A stretch of DNA of 62,933 bases, filler included. It is 4 parts of 4 records of this genome, joined end to end, with 100 filler letters (N's around TTAATTAATTAA, not from the genome) between each part and the next. Parts side by side here need not be neighbours in the genome. Positions count along the whole stretch, not along the records: positions 1 to 27,739 come from SRR31147125_10566; 3 more parts are not named here. The stretch is one strand, 5' to 3'. This document shows positions 1-10,780 of the stretch, piece after piece. Made by a program: the position numbers and the translations under genes. The number at the start of each line of letters is the position of its first letter. Position 1 is the stretch's first letter. The notes below the pieces were generated by a model. That model saw only the letters and a program-made list of their open reading frames with translations. It made no database searches and was not told where the DNA came from.

Positions 1-216
1 TTAAAAAGTTGATTTGGGAGTCTTGTTAAACCATAGAGAAATTTAAAGCATCAGTTGTTGGATTCTTCACAGGATTTTATGAAATTGATTTAATGATGGT
101 TTTGTTGAAATGATATTCAAGTGCAAAGATAAATAAAAATAGTTTAGTTTCACATGCTGTGTAACTAAACTAGATATAAAATAGCATATACAATTAGAGT
201 GTTAACAACACTCTTT

Positions 217-909
217 TTATTTGTTTTTTGTTGACTTAATCATCCATCTGTGAAACAAATTCCAATGGTATTTGTTATCAAAGAAACCAATAATACTTAT
301 GAATAAAGCCGAGAAAAAAGTTAAGATAATATCATGCATTGTATCAGCGATTGCATCAAGGCCTGTTAAAGGTTCTAGTGTAATAGAATTAACAGTACGC
401 ATCATGTTGCTATTTGCAATAAGTGAATCAACACTATACTCGAATAATTCCCAAATGATTTCGATAGTCATTGAAAAGCTAAATACAAATATAGCAATGA
501 CAATTGGATTTAATGTGATTTTTTTATCTGGATCATCGACTGCTGCATTTATGATCGAAAATCCAAGAATTGTAAAAACTAGGCCTGAGATGGTATGTAA
601 CATATCATCCCACCAACTTACATGTACAAAAAACTCGGCAATTTCTCCAAGTAATAATGCCGCGATGATAAACATTAAAAAAATGCTTTCCATAAAATCT
701 GGTATTTCAATCTTAAATTTCTTTTCAGCATATGATGGACCAAAAGATAACAACAGCAATGCAATAGATTGCATAGCAACAAATATGTGTCTACTGATGG
801 CGTCAGTATCGTGATTAACAAATATACTAAGGATACTGACAACCAGTAATATGAAAATTGCTATTCTTAATACATAGTAAACAGTTTTTAATTTATTTTT
901 TTTAAACAT
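217..909 (-). CDS. Multi-pass membrane protein, DUF2238-like
   Basis: 230 aa with about 6 hydrophobic segments and WWDDMLH / WELFEY / DTMHD motifs. AGGGGG RBS upstream. Confidence 0.6.
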   Translation of the reverse strand: MFKKNKLKTVYYVLRIAIFILLVVSILSIFVNHDTDAISRHIFVAMQSIALLLLSFGPSYAEKKFKIEIPDFMESIFLMFIIAALLLGEIAEFFVHVSWWDDMLHTISGLVFTILGFSIINAAVDDPDKKITLNPIVIAIFVFSFSMTIEIIWELFEYSVDSLIANSNMMRTVNSITLEPLTGLDAIADTMHDIILTFFSALFISIIGFFDNKYHWNLFHRWMIKSTKNK

Positions 910-969
910 GGCAATACCCCCTCTTTGATTGTTTATATGGATTATATCATATTTATCAATTGATAAGAA

Positions 970-2211
970 TCACGATATGATATATGTTTTATATCGAGTA
1001 AGCATTTTTGGAGATAAAACAGCTTTAACATGGATGCCTTGGTCATGATAAATCGTATCAATGATTGTTGTTGATGTTTTTAATTCATGATAAATATCGC
1101 CTTTATCAAAAGGTATATCTAATTGATATATACGATTGTCTTTATATAAATGTCCATAAATAGATTGAAGAAGTATGTCATAATTTTCATTGGTTTTATT
1201 CGATATATGAATATAATCACCAATGTCATTGATGGGTTGATGAGCTAAGTCTTTTTTAGTTAATATGAGTAATCGCTCGATATGATTTGCATCAATAGCA
1301 GATAATATAGATTTAGTCACATCAATGGCTTTGATGTAGTCGGATGCGGAATCAACGATATGTAGTAATAAATCAGCATTCAAGACATCTTTTAATGTTG
1401 TTTGAAAAGAACGCAACAGTTCTTGAGGAAGCTTTTGTATAAAGCCTACTGTATCTATAAGTATAAATGGAGGCATATTAGGTTTTTGGATACGTCTTGC
1501 TTTTGTGTCCAATGTAGCAAACAGCATGTCTTTTTCAAATACTTTTTCTTGAGTTTGCCCAACATAATCTGTTAATTGGTTCATTAAAGAGGATTTTCCT
1601 GCATTGGTGTATCCCACTAATGCGACAACAGGTATTTTCGATTCAACTCTTTTTTTAGAAGAAATTCGGTGTTCCTTTTCTATTTTTAAAAGTTGACTTT
1701 TTATGATTGTGATTTCTCTTAATATTTTTCTTTGATCTAATTCTAATTTTGTTTCACCCGGTCCTTTTGCATTAAATGTTCCCCCGCCTTGTCTTGAAAG
1801 TAGTTTACCCATTCCAGAAAGACGCGGTAACATATATAATTTTTGTGCGAGTGAAACTTCAAGCATGGCTTGTTTGGTTTGTGCACGTTCTGCAAAAATA
1901 GATAAGATTAAAAAACTTCGGTCAATGACTTGTATATCTAGTGCAGTTTCAAGGTTTGTTAGTTGTGATGGAGATAATGTATCATCAAAAATGACGAGAT
2001 CACAATCCATGATTTCTATCATTTTTTTTATTTCATCTACTTTTCCGCTACCAATATAAAATGTTGATGAAATGGTTCTTGCTTGTTGTAGGACTTTTGC
2101 TACTGTTTTTATATTGGCAGCCAGTGCTAATGCTTCTAGTTCATCTAGAGCGCTTTTAATTGTTTTGTTTTTATCGCTATAGTTTATACCAACGAGTATT
2201 GCTTTATCCAT
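970..2211 (-). CDS. hflX: GTPase HflX
   Basis: GPGETKLE, GYTNAGKSS, LFATLD and DTVGF motifs. ATG at 2211 follows an AGGTGA RBS. Confidence 0.95.
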   Translation of the reverse strand: MDKAILVGINYSDKNKTIKSALDELEALALAANIKTVAKVLQQARTISSTFYIGSGKVDEIKKMIEIMDCDLVIFDDTLSPSQLTNLETALDIQVIDRSFLILSIFAERAQTKQAMLEVSLAQKLYMLPRLSGMGKLLSRQGGGTFNAKGPGETKLELDQRKILREITIIKSQLLKIEKEHRISSKKRVESKIPVVALVGYTNAGKSSLMNQLTDYVGQTQEKVFEKDMLFATLDTKARRIQKPNMPPFILIDTVGFIQKLPQELLRSFQTTLKDVLNADLLLHIVDSASDYIKAIDVTKSILSAIDANHIERLLILTKKDLAHQPINDIGDYIHISNKTNENYDILLQSIYGHLYKDNRIYQLDIPFDKGDIYHELKTSTTIIDTIYHDQGIHVKAVLSPKMLTRYKTYIIS

Positions 2212-2256
2212 ATGTATCACCTATATGTATTATACATGAATATACGCATATGCGAT

Positions 2257-2270
2257 TAAAAACGTTTTCA
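2257..2270. promoter_or_regulatory. cre/LacI-type palindromic operator candidate upstream of pflB
   Basis: TAAAAACGTTTTCA is one mismatch from the cre consensus TGWNANCGNTNWCA and lies in the hflX-pflB divergent intergenic region. Confidence 0.35.
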
Positions 2271-2381
2271 TTTTTCTTGTTATAGAATTGATAGCATTTT
2301 GTTTTTTTAGTTTATATAATGAAAGTAACAAATGCGATATAAATTTAATAAAATGAGAATAAGATACTGGAGGTATTTTTT

Positions 2382-4640
2382 ATGAACGCATATAGAAAAT
2401 TCAAAGGTGGGTCTTGGGAAAAAGAAATTAATGTTAGAGATTTCATGTTAGCCAATTATAGTGAATATATGGGTGACGATCAATTTTTAGCAGGACCAAC
2501 TAAAAGTAGTATTGCTTTAAATGATAAATTTCATGAATTGCTTAAATTAGAAAAAGAAAAAGGTGGCGCTATTGATATGGATACAAAAGTTGTATCATCA
2601 ATGACAAGCCACAAAGCAGGATATATTGATAAAGATTTAGAAAAAATTGTTGGTCTTCAAACGGATGCACCTTTTAAAAGAGCTTTCCATCCATATGGTG
2701 GGATAAAAGTTTCTTATAAAGCTGCAAAAGCTTATGGGTATGAAATTGATCCATCAATGATGCATATTTTTAACACATATAGAAAAACACATAATCAAGG
2801 TGTATTTGATGTATATTCAGAAGAAATTCGTAATGCTAGAAGAACGGGTATTATTACAGGTCTTCCCGATGGTTATGGTCGTGGCCGTATCATTGGTGAT
2901 TATCGTCGTGTCGCATTATATGGTATGGATCGTTTAATTGAAGAAAAAGTAGCACAAAAATCACATTATATGTCACTTGTGATGAATGAAGAAAATATTC
3001 GTATGTGTGAAGAAATACAAGATCAAATTAAAGCGATGCATGAATTTGTAAAAATGGGCGAAATTTATGGATTTGACTTAACAAAACCAGCAGAAAATGC
3101 ATATGAAGCGATTCAATGGACATATTTTGGATATTTATCAGCTGTAAAAGAACAAAATGGTGCAGCAATGAGTTTAGGTAGAACAGCATCATTTATTGAT
3201 ATTTATCTTGAAAGAGATATCGAAGAAGGTCTTATTACTGAAATTGATGCACAAGAACTCATCGATCACTTCATCATGAAACTTCGTATGATTAGATTTG
3301 CAAGAACTCCTGAATATAATGAATTATTTACAGGAGATCCAACTTGGGTTACTGAGAGTTTAGCGGGCCTAACCAATGATGGACGTTCATGGGTGACTAA
3401 AACAACGTTTAGATATTTACAAACATTATATAATTTAGGTACTTCAGCAGAGCCAAATTTAACAGTATTATGGAGCGAAGATCTTCCTGAAAACTTTAAA
3501 AAATTCTGTGCGAAAGTATCAATAGATACAAGTAGTATCCAATATGAAAATGATGAACAAATGAGACCAGAACATGGAGATGATTATGGTATCGCATGTT
3601 GTGTATCACCAATGGCAATTGGTAAAGAAATGCAATTCTTTGGAGCAAGAGCAAACCTAGCTAAAGCATTACTTTACGCATTAAACGGTGGTCGTGATGA
3701 AATTAGCGGTGCACAAGTTGGTCCTAAAAATGATGTATTACAAGCAGATGTCCTAGATTATGATGTAGTTATGGATCGTTTTGATCATATGCTTACATGG
3801 TTATCACAAGTTTATGTTAGTGCGCTTAATATTATTCATTATATGCATGATAAATATGCATATGAAGCGATTCAAATGGCATTTCATGATCCAGAGGTCG
3901 TAAGAAATTTTGCAACTGGTGTTGCTGGTTTATCAGTAGTTGCTGATTCATTATCAGCTATTAAACATGCAAAAGTTAAACCTTTATATGATGATCGTGG
4001 ATTAATCTATGATTTTGATGTTGAAGGAGATTTCCCTTGCTATGGTAATAACGATGATCGTGCGGATATGTTAGCTGTTGATGTTGTTAATCGTTTTATG
4101 GATAAAATTAGAAATCAATATACATATAGAAATTCTATCCCAACCATGAGTATTTTAACCATTACATCAAATGTTGTTTATGGTAAGAAGACAGGAAATA
4201 CACCTGATGGTAGAAGAAAAGGTGAACCTTTTGCACCAGGAGCTAACCCAATGCATGGTAGAGATAAATCTGGAGCATTAAAATCACTATTAAGTGTTTC
4301 TAAGATTCCATGTGAAAGTTGTCAAGATGGTATTTCAAATACATTTACTTTAGTACCTCAAGCACTTGGTAAAGATTTAGAATCAGCAGATGGATTTACA
4401 TATGAAGGTGATATTAAGTCTGAAAATTTAGTATCTATCTTGGATGGATACTTCACTAAAGGTGGATATCACTTAAATGTTAATATTATGAATCGTAAAA
4501 CACTACAAGATGCATATGATCATCCTGAAAAATATCCTAATTTAACCATAAGAGTTTCTGGATATGCTGTTAATTTTTCTAATCTAACAAATGAACAAAA
4601 ACGTGAGGTTATTTCTAGAACATTCCATGAAAAAGTCTAG
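2382..4640 (+). CDS. pflB: Pyruvate formate-lyase
   Basis: [23 protein letters not shown] double Cys and RVSGYAV glycyl-radical motif. Confidence 0.97.
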   Translation: MNAYRKFKGGSWEKEINVRDFMLANYSEYMGDDQFLAGPTKSSIALNDKFHELLKLEKEKGGAIDMDTKVVSSMTSHKAGYIDKDLEKIVGLQTDAPFKRAFHPYGGIKVSYKAAKAYGYEIDPSMMHIFNTYRKTHNQGVFDVYSEEIRNARRTGIITGLPDGYGRGRIIGDYRRVALYGMDRLIEEKVAQKSHYMSLVMNEENIRMCEEIQDQIKAMHEFVKMGEIYGFDLTKPAENAYEAIQWTYFGYLSAVKEQNGAAMSLGRTASFIDIYLERDIEEGLITEIDAQELIDHFIMKLRMIRFARTPEYNELFTGDPTWVTESLAGLTNDGRSWVTKTTFRYLQTLYNLGTSAEPNLTVLWSEDLPENFKKFCAKVSIDTSSIQYENDEQMRPEHGDDYGIACCVSPMAIGKEMQFFGARANLAKALLYALNGGRDEISGAQVGPKNDVLQADVLDYDVVMDRFDHMLTWLSQVYVSALNIIHYMHDKYAYEAIQMAFHDPEVVRNFATGVAGLSVVADSLSAIKHAKVKPLYDDRGLIYDFDVEGDFPCYGNNDDRADMLAVDVVNRFMDKIRNQYTYRNSIPTMSILTITSNVVYGKKTGNTPDGRRKGEPFAPGANPMHGRDKSGALKSLLSVSKIPCESCQDGISNTFTLVPQALGKDLESADGFTYEGDIKSENLVSILDGYFTKGGYHLNVNIMNRKTLQDAYDHPEKYPNLTIRVSGYAVNFSNLTNEQKREVISRTFHEKV

Positions 4641-5370
4641 AGGTAATATTCATTCAATTGAAACACTTGGAACATTTGATGGTCCAGGTGTGAGATATGT
4701 ATTGTTTTTACAAGGTTGTCCGTTTCAATGTAAATATTGTCACAATAGAGACACTTGGTCAACAAAAAATAATCATTTAATGACAGTTGAAGATGTTTTG
4801 TTAGATTATGATAAGTATAAGAGTTTTTATAAAAACGGTGGTATCACTGCAAGTGGTGGAGATCCGATGTTACAAGTTGATTTCCTCATTGAACTATTTA
4901 GGGAAGCAAAAGCTAAAGGCATACATACTTGCTTAGATACAGCAGCTTCTTGTTACACACCAAAAGATAATGAAAAATATTTAACATTGTTAAGTTATAC
5001 GGATCTTGTCTTATTAGATATTAAACATATCGATAGAGCCAAACATACATTTATCACAGGATTTTCAAATGATCATGTCTTAAAGTTTGCTTTATTACTT
5101 GATGAAATTAAAAAACCTATGGTGATTAGACATGTGCTGGTACCAGGACTTTCAAATGCACAAGAAGATTTGGTTTCTCTTAGAACATTTTTAGATACAC
5201 TTTCATGTGTTAAGCGCATTGAAGTATTACCATATCATACGAAGGGTCGAATGAAATGGGAATCTATGGGACTTGATTATCCACTTCCTGATACACCTGA
5301 ACCAAGTGAAGATGAAGTGAAAATGGCTGAGAACATATTAACTGACAACTATCAATTTTACACAAAATAA
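4627..5370 (+). CDS. pflA: PFL-activating enzyme (radical SAM)
   Basis: DGPGVR and [10 protein letters not shown] (CxxxCxxC). Overlaps the pflB end; likely ATG at 4627. Confidence 0.95.
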   Translation: MKKSRGNIHSIETLGTFDGPGVRYVLFLQGCPFQCKYCHNRDTWSTKNNHLMTVEDVLLDYDKYKSFYKNGGITASGGDPMLQVDFLIELFREAKAKGIHTCLDTAASCYTPKDNEKYLTLLSYTDLVLLDIKHIDRAKHTFITGFSNDHVLKFALLLDEIKKPMVIRHVLVPGLSNAQEDLVSLRTFLDTLSCVKRIEVLPYHTKGRMKWESMGLDYPLPDTPEPSEDEVKMAENILTDNYQFYTK

Positions 5371-5381
5371 TATGTTATAAT

Positions 5382-5406
5382 AAAAGTACCTTAAACGGTA
5401 CTTTTT
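5382..5406 (+). terminator. Intrinsic terminator after pflA
   Basis: AAAAGTACC-ttaaac-GGTACTTTT hairpin with T tract. Confidence 0.6.
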
Positions 5407-5424
5407 CTTTTAGGAGGATGTTAT

Positions 5425-7014
5425 ATGAAGCATATTTCTACAATTGCAAAACATGCAGGTATTTTAGATCATGAACTTATGTTGTATGGTTCTGATAAAG
5501 CAAAAGTTTCACTTGGCTTATTAGAGCGATTAAAAGATCATGAAAATGGTCATTTAGTGCTTGTGACTGCGATTAACCCAACACCTGCGGGTGAAGGTAA
5601 GACAACGATATCCATCGGTTTAGCTCAAGGATTATCAAAAATTGGTAAGAAAGCGATATTGGCATTAAGAGAGCCAAGCCTTGGACCAGTTTTCGGTTTA
5701 AAAGGTGGAGCAACCGGTGGCGGACTTGCATCCATTACACCTAGAGAAGCAATTAATCTACATTTCACGGGGGACTTGCACGCAATTACATCAGCCCATA
5801 ATTTATTAAGTGCAGTGATTGACAATCATATGTATCAAGGTAATGAATTGAGTATTAAACGTGTGATATGGAAACGTGCGATGGACATGAATGATCGATC
5901 ACTTAGAGTGATTGAAACACCGATAAGAAAAGACGGATTCATGATTACAGCGGCAAGCGAGATTATGGCGATTTTAGCATTGGCTAAAGATTTAGATGAC
6001 CTTAAAGATAGAATAAATCGTATCCTTATTGGTTATGATGAAGATAAAAAACCTTTATTTGTTAAAGATATAGGTTGTGCAGATGCGATGGTTTTATTAT
6101 TAAAGGATGCATTGAACCCTAATTTAGTACAAACACTTGATGGTGTACCTGCATTTGTGCATGCAGGCCCATTTGCAAATATTGCACATGGATGCAATTC
6201 AATTAATGCAACAAAAATGGCGATGAAACTTGGAGAGTTTGCGATTACTGAAGCAGGATTTGGCGCAGACTTAGGGATGGAGAAATTCCTTAATCTAAAA
6301 GTTCCTCATATTGATGCTCATCCAGATCTTATTGTATTGGTAGCAACCCTTCGTGCACTTAAATATCATGGTGGGGCAACCGACTACGAATCACCTAATC
6401 ATGAAGCACTAATAAAAGGTATTGACCATATCGAAAAACATATAGAAAATATTAAGTCTTTTGGGCTTAATTTTGTAATTGCACTTAATCATTTTGAAAA
6501 TGATAGTAGTCAAGAAATAGAGTTTATGAAATCGTGGGCAAAAGCGCAAGATTATCAACTCGCATTTGCTGATGGATTTCTAAAAGGTGCTGATGGCATG
6601 GTAGAACTTGCACAACTAGTAACAGATGCTGCTCAGCAAAAACAATCATTTAAACCAACATATGAGAATAACATGACGACTAAAGATAAAATTTTATCAG
6701 TAGCTAAGACTATTTATGGCGCTAAAGATGTTTTATTTTCTGATCGTGCACTTAGACAACTTAAAACATATGAACAAAGAGGTTGGCAAATGCCAGTTTG
6801 CATGGCGAAAACACCAGCATCTTTATCAGGGGATGCTAAACTAAGAGGTAGACCAAAAGATTTCATCCTAGAAATATCATCGATTAGACCATCAATGGGT
6901 GCAGGATTCTTTGTTGCACAAACTAAAGGGATATTAACGATGCCAGGATTAAATAAAATACCAAGAGCATTAAAAATGAAAGTCGATCATCAAGGCACAT
7001 TAATCGAGGAGTGA
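5425..7014 (+). CDS. fhs: Formate-tetrahydrofolate ligase
   Basis: TPAGEGKTT, HAGPFANIAHG and TEAGFGADLG motifs. Confidence 0.96.
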   Translation: MKHISTIAKHAGILDHELMLYGSDKAKVSLGLLERLKDHENGHLVLVTAINPTPAGEGKTTISIGLAQGLSKIGKKAILALREPSLGPVFGLKGGATGGGLASITPREAINLHFTGDLHAITSAHNLLSAVIDNHMYQGNELSIKRVIWKRAMDMNDRSLRVIETPIRKDGFMITAASEIMAILALAKDLDDLKDRINRILIGYDEDKKPLFVKDIGCADAMVLLLKDALNPNLVQTLDGVPAFVHAGPFANIAHGCNSINATKMAMKLGEFAITEAGFGADLGMEKFLNLKVPHIDAHPDLIVLVATLRALKYHGGATDYESPNHEALIKGIDHIEKHIENIKSFGLNFVIALNHFENDSSQEIEFMKSWAKAQDYQLAFADGFLKGADGMVELAQLVTDAAQQKQSFKPTYENNMTTKDKILSVAKTIYGAKDVLFSDRALRQLKTYEQRGWQMPVCMAKTPASLSGDAKLRGRPKDFILEISSIRPSMGAGFFVAQTKGILTMPGLNKIPRALKMKVDHQGTLIEE

Positions 7015-7018
7015 TTAA

Positions 7019-7867
7019 ATGGAAATATTAAGTGGAAGAAAAGCCTCAAAAGCTTTAAAAGAAAAACTAAAATTAGATATTGAAAAAGCAAAGCAAACAT
7101 ATGAAAAATCGCCTTGTCTAGCAGTTATCCTAGTAGGTGATAATCAAGCAAGTCTATCATATATTAGAGGGAAGGAAAAAGCTTGTAACCTAGTAGGTAT
7201 TGAGTATAAACTTTATCATCTTGATGAAAATATTAGTCAAAAAGCACTAGAAGATATCATTGTAAGTATTAATCAAGATAAACAAATTGATGGTATGATT
7301 TTACAACTTCCAATTCCTAAACATTTAGACGAAAACCGACTAATCGATTTAATTGATAGAGATAAAGATGCAGATGGTTTTCATGTAGTCAATCAAGGTT
7401 ATCTCTATCAAAAGAAACCAACAACATATCCTGCAACACCTAAAGGTATTTTAAAACTTTTAGATTTTTATGATATTGATGTTTTAGGAATGAATGCAAC
7501 TGTTATTGGTCGTTCGAATATTGTAGGTTTTCCTGTAGCGAGAATGCTGATGGACCGAGGAGCAACCATTACGGTTTGTCATTCAAAAACAAGAGATTTA
7601 AGTGAACACACAAAAAATGCAGACATCATTATTTTAGCTGCAGGACGTGCAAACTTACTCAATAAAGATATGGTTAAACCAGGTGTTATTGTGATTGATG
7701 TAGGCACAAATAGAGTGAATGGAAAACTAGCGGGTGATGCAGATTTTGAATCACTTAACACATTAAATGGCAAGATAACGCCTGTGCCAGGCGGTGTTGG
7801 ACCCATGACGATTTTCGGTTTACTAGAAAACACTTTTGAGCTTTATTTAAGTCATCAAAAAAAGTAA
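7019..7867 (+). CDS. folD: Methylene-THF dehydrogenase/cyclohydrolase
   Basis: KDADGFH, GRSNIVG and TPVPGGVGPMT motifs. Confidence 0.96.
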   Translation: MEILSGRKASKALKEKLKLDIEKAKQTYEKSPCLAVILVGDNQASLSYIRGKEKACNLVGIEYKLYHLDENISQKALEDIIVSINQDKQIDGMILQLPIPKHLDENRLIDLIDRDKDADGFHVVNQGYLYQKKPTTYPATPKGILKLLDFYDIDVLGMNATVIGRSNIVGFPVARMLMDRGATITVCHSKTRDLSEHTKNADIIILAAGRANLLNKDMVKPGVIVIDVGTNRVNGKLAGDADFESLNTLNGKITPVPGGVGPMTIFGLLENTFELYLSHQKK

Positions 7868-7876
7868 GAGTTATTT

Positions 7877-7906
7877 TTGACAATTGATTGATAAAATTGC
7901 TATAAT
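7877..7906 (+). promoter_or_regulatory. SigA promoter driving the riboswitch leader
   Basis: TTGACA-18 nt-TATAAT with a TG extension (TGCTATAAT). Confidence 0.8.
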
Positions 7907-7917
7907 GAATATGTATT

Positions 7918-7990
7918 TAACGTCGTATAAGTCATCTAATAGGGGTGATGACGTCTCTACCATGGTGCCGAAACATCATGACTACGATTA
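7918..7990 (+). promoter_or_regulatory. Purine riboswitch aptamer, guanine type (C74)
   Basis: P1 GTCGTA/TACGAT, J1/2 TATAA, P2 GTCATC/GATGAC, J2/3 GTCTCTAC, P3 CATGGTG-CCGAAA-CATCATG, and GACTAC giving C74. Confidence 0.88.
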
Positions 7991-8078
7991 TGAAAAGCGA
8001 TTTTGATAACGTCGAGCGACTGTTTAAATATAACATAGGGGTAAGCGGGATAAGTAACATTTTCGATTACAAAAGAAA

Positions 8079-8106
8079 AGGCATCCTCTTTTTAGGGTGT
8101 TTTTTT
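8079..8106 (+). terminator. Leader terminator of the riboswitch
   Basis: AGGCATCCT-cttttt-AGGGTGTTT followed by a T run. Confidence 0.75.
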
Positions 8107-8157
8107 CTTTGGTTTTTGCTAAAATAGATGTGTAAAGGAAAAAAGGTGAATATAAAA

Positions 8158-8727
8158 ATGAATATATGGCATGATATTAGCCCTAAAAGAATTACACCCG
8201 ATAAGTTTATTGCGTGTATTGAAATTTCAAAAGGGTCTAAAAAGAAATATGAACTTGATAAAGAAACTGGTATGATTATTTTAGATCGTATCTTATTTAC
8301 ATCAACACATTATCCTGCAAACTATGGGTTTATACCAAGAACATATGCTGGGGATAACGATCCACTTGATGTCCTTGTTTTATGTCAAGAAGATATTGAA
8401 CCACTCAGTATTGTAGAAGTCTATCCAATTGGTGTGATGAAAATGATTGACTCAGATGAAATTGATGAAAAGATTATCGCTATTCCATTTGGTGATCCAT
8501 CATTGACACAATATAAAGATATTAGTGAACTACCTAGTCATTTATTAACTGAAATGGGACATTTTTTTGAAGTTTATAAATCATTAGAAGGTAAAAAAAC
8601 ATATATTTTAGATGTTGAGGGTGTCGAATCCGCAAAGAAAATTATTGCACAATGTATGGAAACTTATAACAATAAATTTGATAAAAATAAAACAGGTGAT
8701 AATCAATGGGAAGAGCACATGAAGTAA
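8158..8727 (+). CDS. ppa: Family I inorganic pyrophosphatase
   Basis: KKYELDK, YPANYGFIPRT, GDNDPLDV and DEKII motifs. ATG at 8158 follows AAGGTGA. Confidence 0.95.
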   Translation: MNIWHDISPKRITPDKFIACIEISKGSKKKYELDKETGMIILDRILFTSTHYPANYGFIPRTYAGDNDPLDVLVLCQEDIEPLSIVEVYPIGVMKMIDSDEIDEKIIAIPFGDPSLTQYKDISELPSHLLTEMGHFFEVYKSLEGKKTYILDVEGVESAKKIIAQCMETYNNKFDKNKTGDNQWEEHMK

Positions 8728-9422
8728 GAAAAGTTGCAATGGCGAAAACTGCTGCAGCAAAAAGTAAATTATATGCAAAATATGGAAAAGAAATATATAT
8801 GGCTGCAAAGTCGGGTGTAGCTGATCCTGAGTTGAATGCAAATTTAAAACGCATCATTCAAAAAGCGAAAAAAGATCAAGTTTCTGCTGATGTGATTAAA
8901 AGAGCAATCGATAAAGCTAAAGGTGGTAGTGATGACACGTATACAGAAGTTAGATATGAAGGGTTTGGACCTGGAAGTTCAACATTTATCGTTGAATGTT
9001 TAACAGATAATGTCAATCGTACAATTGCTGAAGTTAGAAATTGTTTTACAAAGACTGGTGGAAAAATTGGAGTGACAGGATCTGTTGTTCATCAATATAA
9101 TCATCAAGCAGTATTTACAATTCCTGGCGTGGGTGAAGAAGAAGTCTTAGAAATGCTTATTTTAAATGATTTAGATGCAGATGAGATTGAGGCTGACGAT
9201 CAAGGTGTAACTATCCTTAGTGATGCGACGAATTACAATACGATTAGAACTGCTATTCAAGATGCATATCCTGATGTTGAATTAGATACTGATGAAATTA
9301 TGTGGATGGCAATGATTGATTGTGAACTTAGCGATGAAGATAAGGAAAAATACGATAAATTAATTGGCATGTTAGAAGCATTAGATGATGTCCAAGAGGT
9401 CTATCATAACGTAAAATTATAA
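8706..9422 (+). CDS. yebC: YebC/PmpR family protein
   Basis: MGRA start, YEGFGPG, LTDNVNRT and DDVQEVYHN motifs. Confidence 0.95.
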   Translation: MGRAHEVRKVAMAKTAAAKSKLYAKYGKEIYMAAKSGVADPELNANLKRIIQKAKKDQVSADVIKRAIDKAKGGSDDTYTEVRYEGFGPGSSTFIVECLTDNVNRTIAEVRNCFTKTGGKIGVTGSVVHQYNHQAVFTIPGVGEEEVLEMLILNDLDADEIEADDQGVTILSDATNYNTIRTAIQDAYPDVELDTDEIMWMAMIDCELSDEDKEKYDKLIGMLEALDDVQEVYHNVKL

Positions 9423-9438
9423 ACTTTATAACAAAGAA

Positions 9439-9477
9439 AAAAGATAGGTTATTGTTTTAAAACCTATCTTTTATTTT
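9439..9477 (+). terminator. Intrinsic terminator after yebC
   Basis: AAAAGATAGGTT...AACCTATCTTTT inverted repeat. Confidence 0.7.
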
Positions 9478-9526
9478 ATATGTTATTATGTTATAATAAA
9501 CCAGAGAATATCGAGGAGTATAGCCT

Positions 9527-10780
9527 ATGAAATTAAATGCGTATGATTCTATCATTGGTGAGTATATACTTAAAGAAAAAAACAGACAAGAAACACATTT
9601 AGAATTAATTGCTTCTGAGAACTTTGTATCAGAGGCTGTTTTAGATGCGCAAGGCTCAATTTTAACAAATAAATATGCTGAAGGATATCCGCAACACCGA
9701 TATTATGGTGGTTGTGAATATGTCGATGTCATTGAAGATGAAACAAGAAATAGACTCAAGAAATTATTTCAAGCTAAATTTGTAAATGTGCAACCACATT
9801 CTGGTTCACAAGCGAATATGGCTGCTTATCAAGCGTTAATAAAACCTGGAGATAAAATCTTAGGTATGGGATTAAGTGAAGGTGGGCATTTAACGCATGG
9901 ATTTAGATTAAATTTTTCAGGTAAAATATATGAATCATTTTTTTATGGAGTAGATCGAGACACTGAATGTATTGACTATGAACAAGTTAGGCAACAAGCG
10001 CTAGAGATTAAACCACAACTCATCATTGCTGGAGCAAGTGCTTATTCAAGAACGATAGACTTTAAGAGATTTAGAGAAATTGCAGATGAAGTAGGCGCAT
10101 ATCTACTTGTGGATATGGCACACATTGCTGGATTGGTTGCAGCAGGTCTACATCCTTCACCGATTCCACATGCACATGTTGTCACATCAACAACACATAA
10201 AACACTAAGAGGACCACGTGGTGGGATTATTTTAACCAATGATGAAAAGATCGCAAAGAAAATTGATAAAGCAATTTTCCCTGGTACACAAGGGGGCCCT
10301 TTGATGCATGTTATTGCTGCCAAAGGTGTTGCGTTTAAAGAAGCGTTAGAACCAGCGTTTGTCACATATCAAAAACAAGTGATAAAAAACGCTAAACGCT
10401 TATCTAAAAAGTTTGAAGAACTTGGTTATCCGATCATCTCAGGTGGGACAGATAATCATATTGTCTTAATAAATATTAAACAAAAACATGGGATGACAGG
10501 TAAGGAAGCCGAAGATTTATTAAGTTTGGTTAACATCACATGTAACAAAAACACAATTCCTTACGATAGCGAAAAACCCGCTTATGGCTCAGGTATTAGA
10601 CTTGGAACTCCGGCTGTAACAACAAGAGGATTAACAGAAAAAGATATGGATACAATCGCATTGTTGATTGATGATGCGTTAAGCAATGAAAATAATAAAG
10701 AAAAATTGACAGAGATTAAGGCGCATGTGGTTAAGCTTTTAAGTAACTATCCGCTTTATGAGAAAGGAGCAGTTTCATGA
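9527..10780 (+). CDS. glyA: Serine hydroxymethyltransferase
   Basis: [14 protein letters not shown] and [13 protein letters not shown] (PLP Lys). Confidence 0.97.
   Translation: MKLNAYDSIIGEYILKEKNRQETHLELIASENFVSEAVLDAQGSILTNKYAEGYPQHRYYGGCEYVDVIEDETRNRLKKLFQAKFVNVQPHSGSQANMAAYQALIKPGDKILGMGLSEGGHLTHGFRLNFSGKIYESFFYGVDRDTECIDYEQVRQQALEIKPQLIIAGASAYSRTIDFKRFREIADEVGAYLLVDMAHIAGLVAAGLHPSPIPHAHVVTSTTHKTLRGPRGGIILTNDEKIAKKIDKAIFPGTQGGPLMHVIAAKGVAFKEALEPAFVTYQKQVIKNAKRLSKKFEELGYPIISGGTDNHIVLINIKQKHGMTGKEAEDLLSLVNITCNKNTIPYDSEKPAYGSGIRLGTPAVTTRGLTEKDMDTIALLIDDALSNENNKEKLTEIKAHVVKLLSNYPLYEKGAVS

Noticed and set aside
140-217. Two hairpins downstream of the first gene as an sRNA
   Set aside because: Adequately explained as terminators; no motif support.
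2277-2294. Rex operator upstream of pflB (TTGTTATAGAATTGATAG)
   Set aside because: Only one half-site resembles the consensus, in very AT-rich DNA.
7945-8127. 60-aa ORF
   Set aside because: Lies over the riboswitch and terminator and has no protein features.
8706-8727. 22-nt ppa/yebC overlap as a programmed fusion
   Set aside because: yebC has its own AGGTGA RBS and canonical MGRA start; ordinary compaction.
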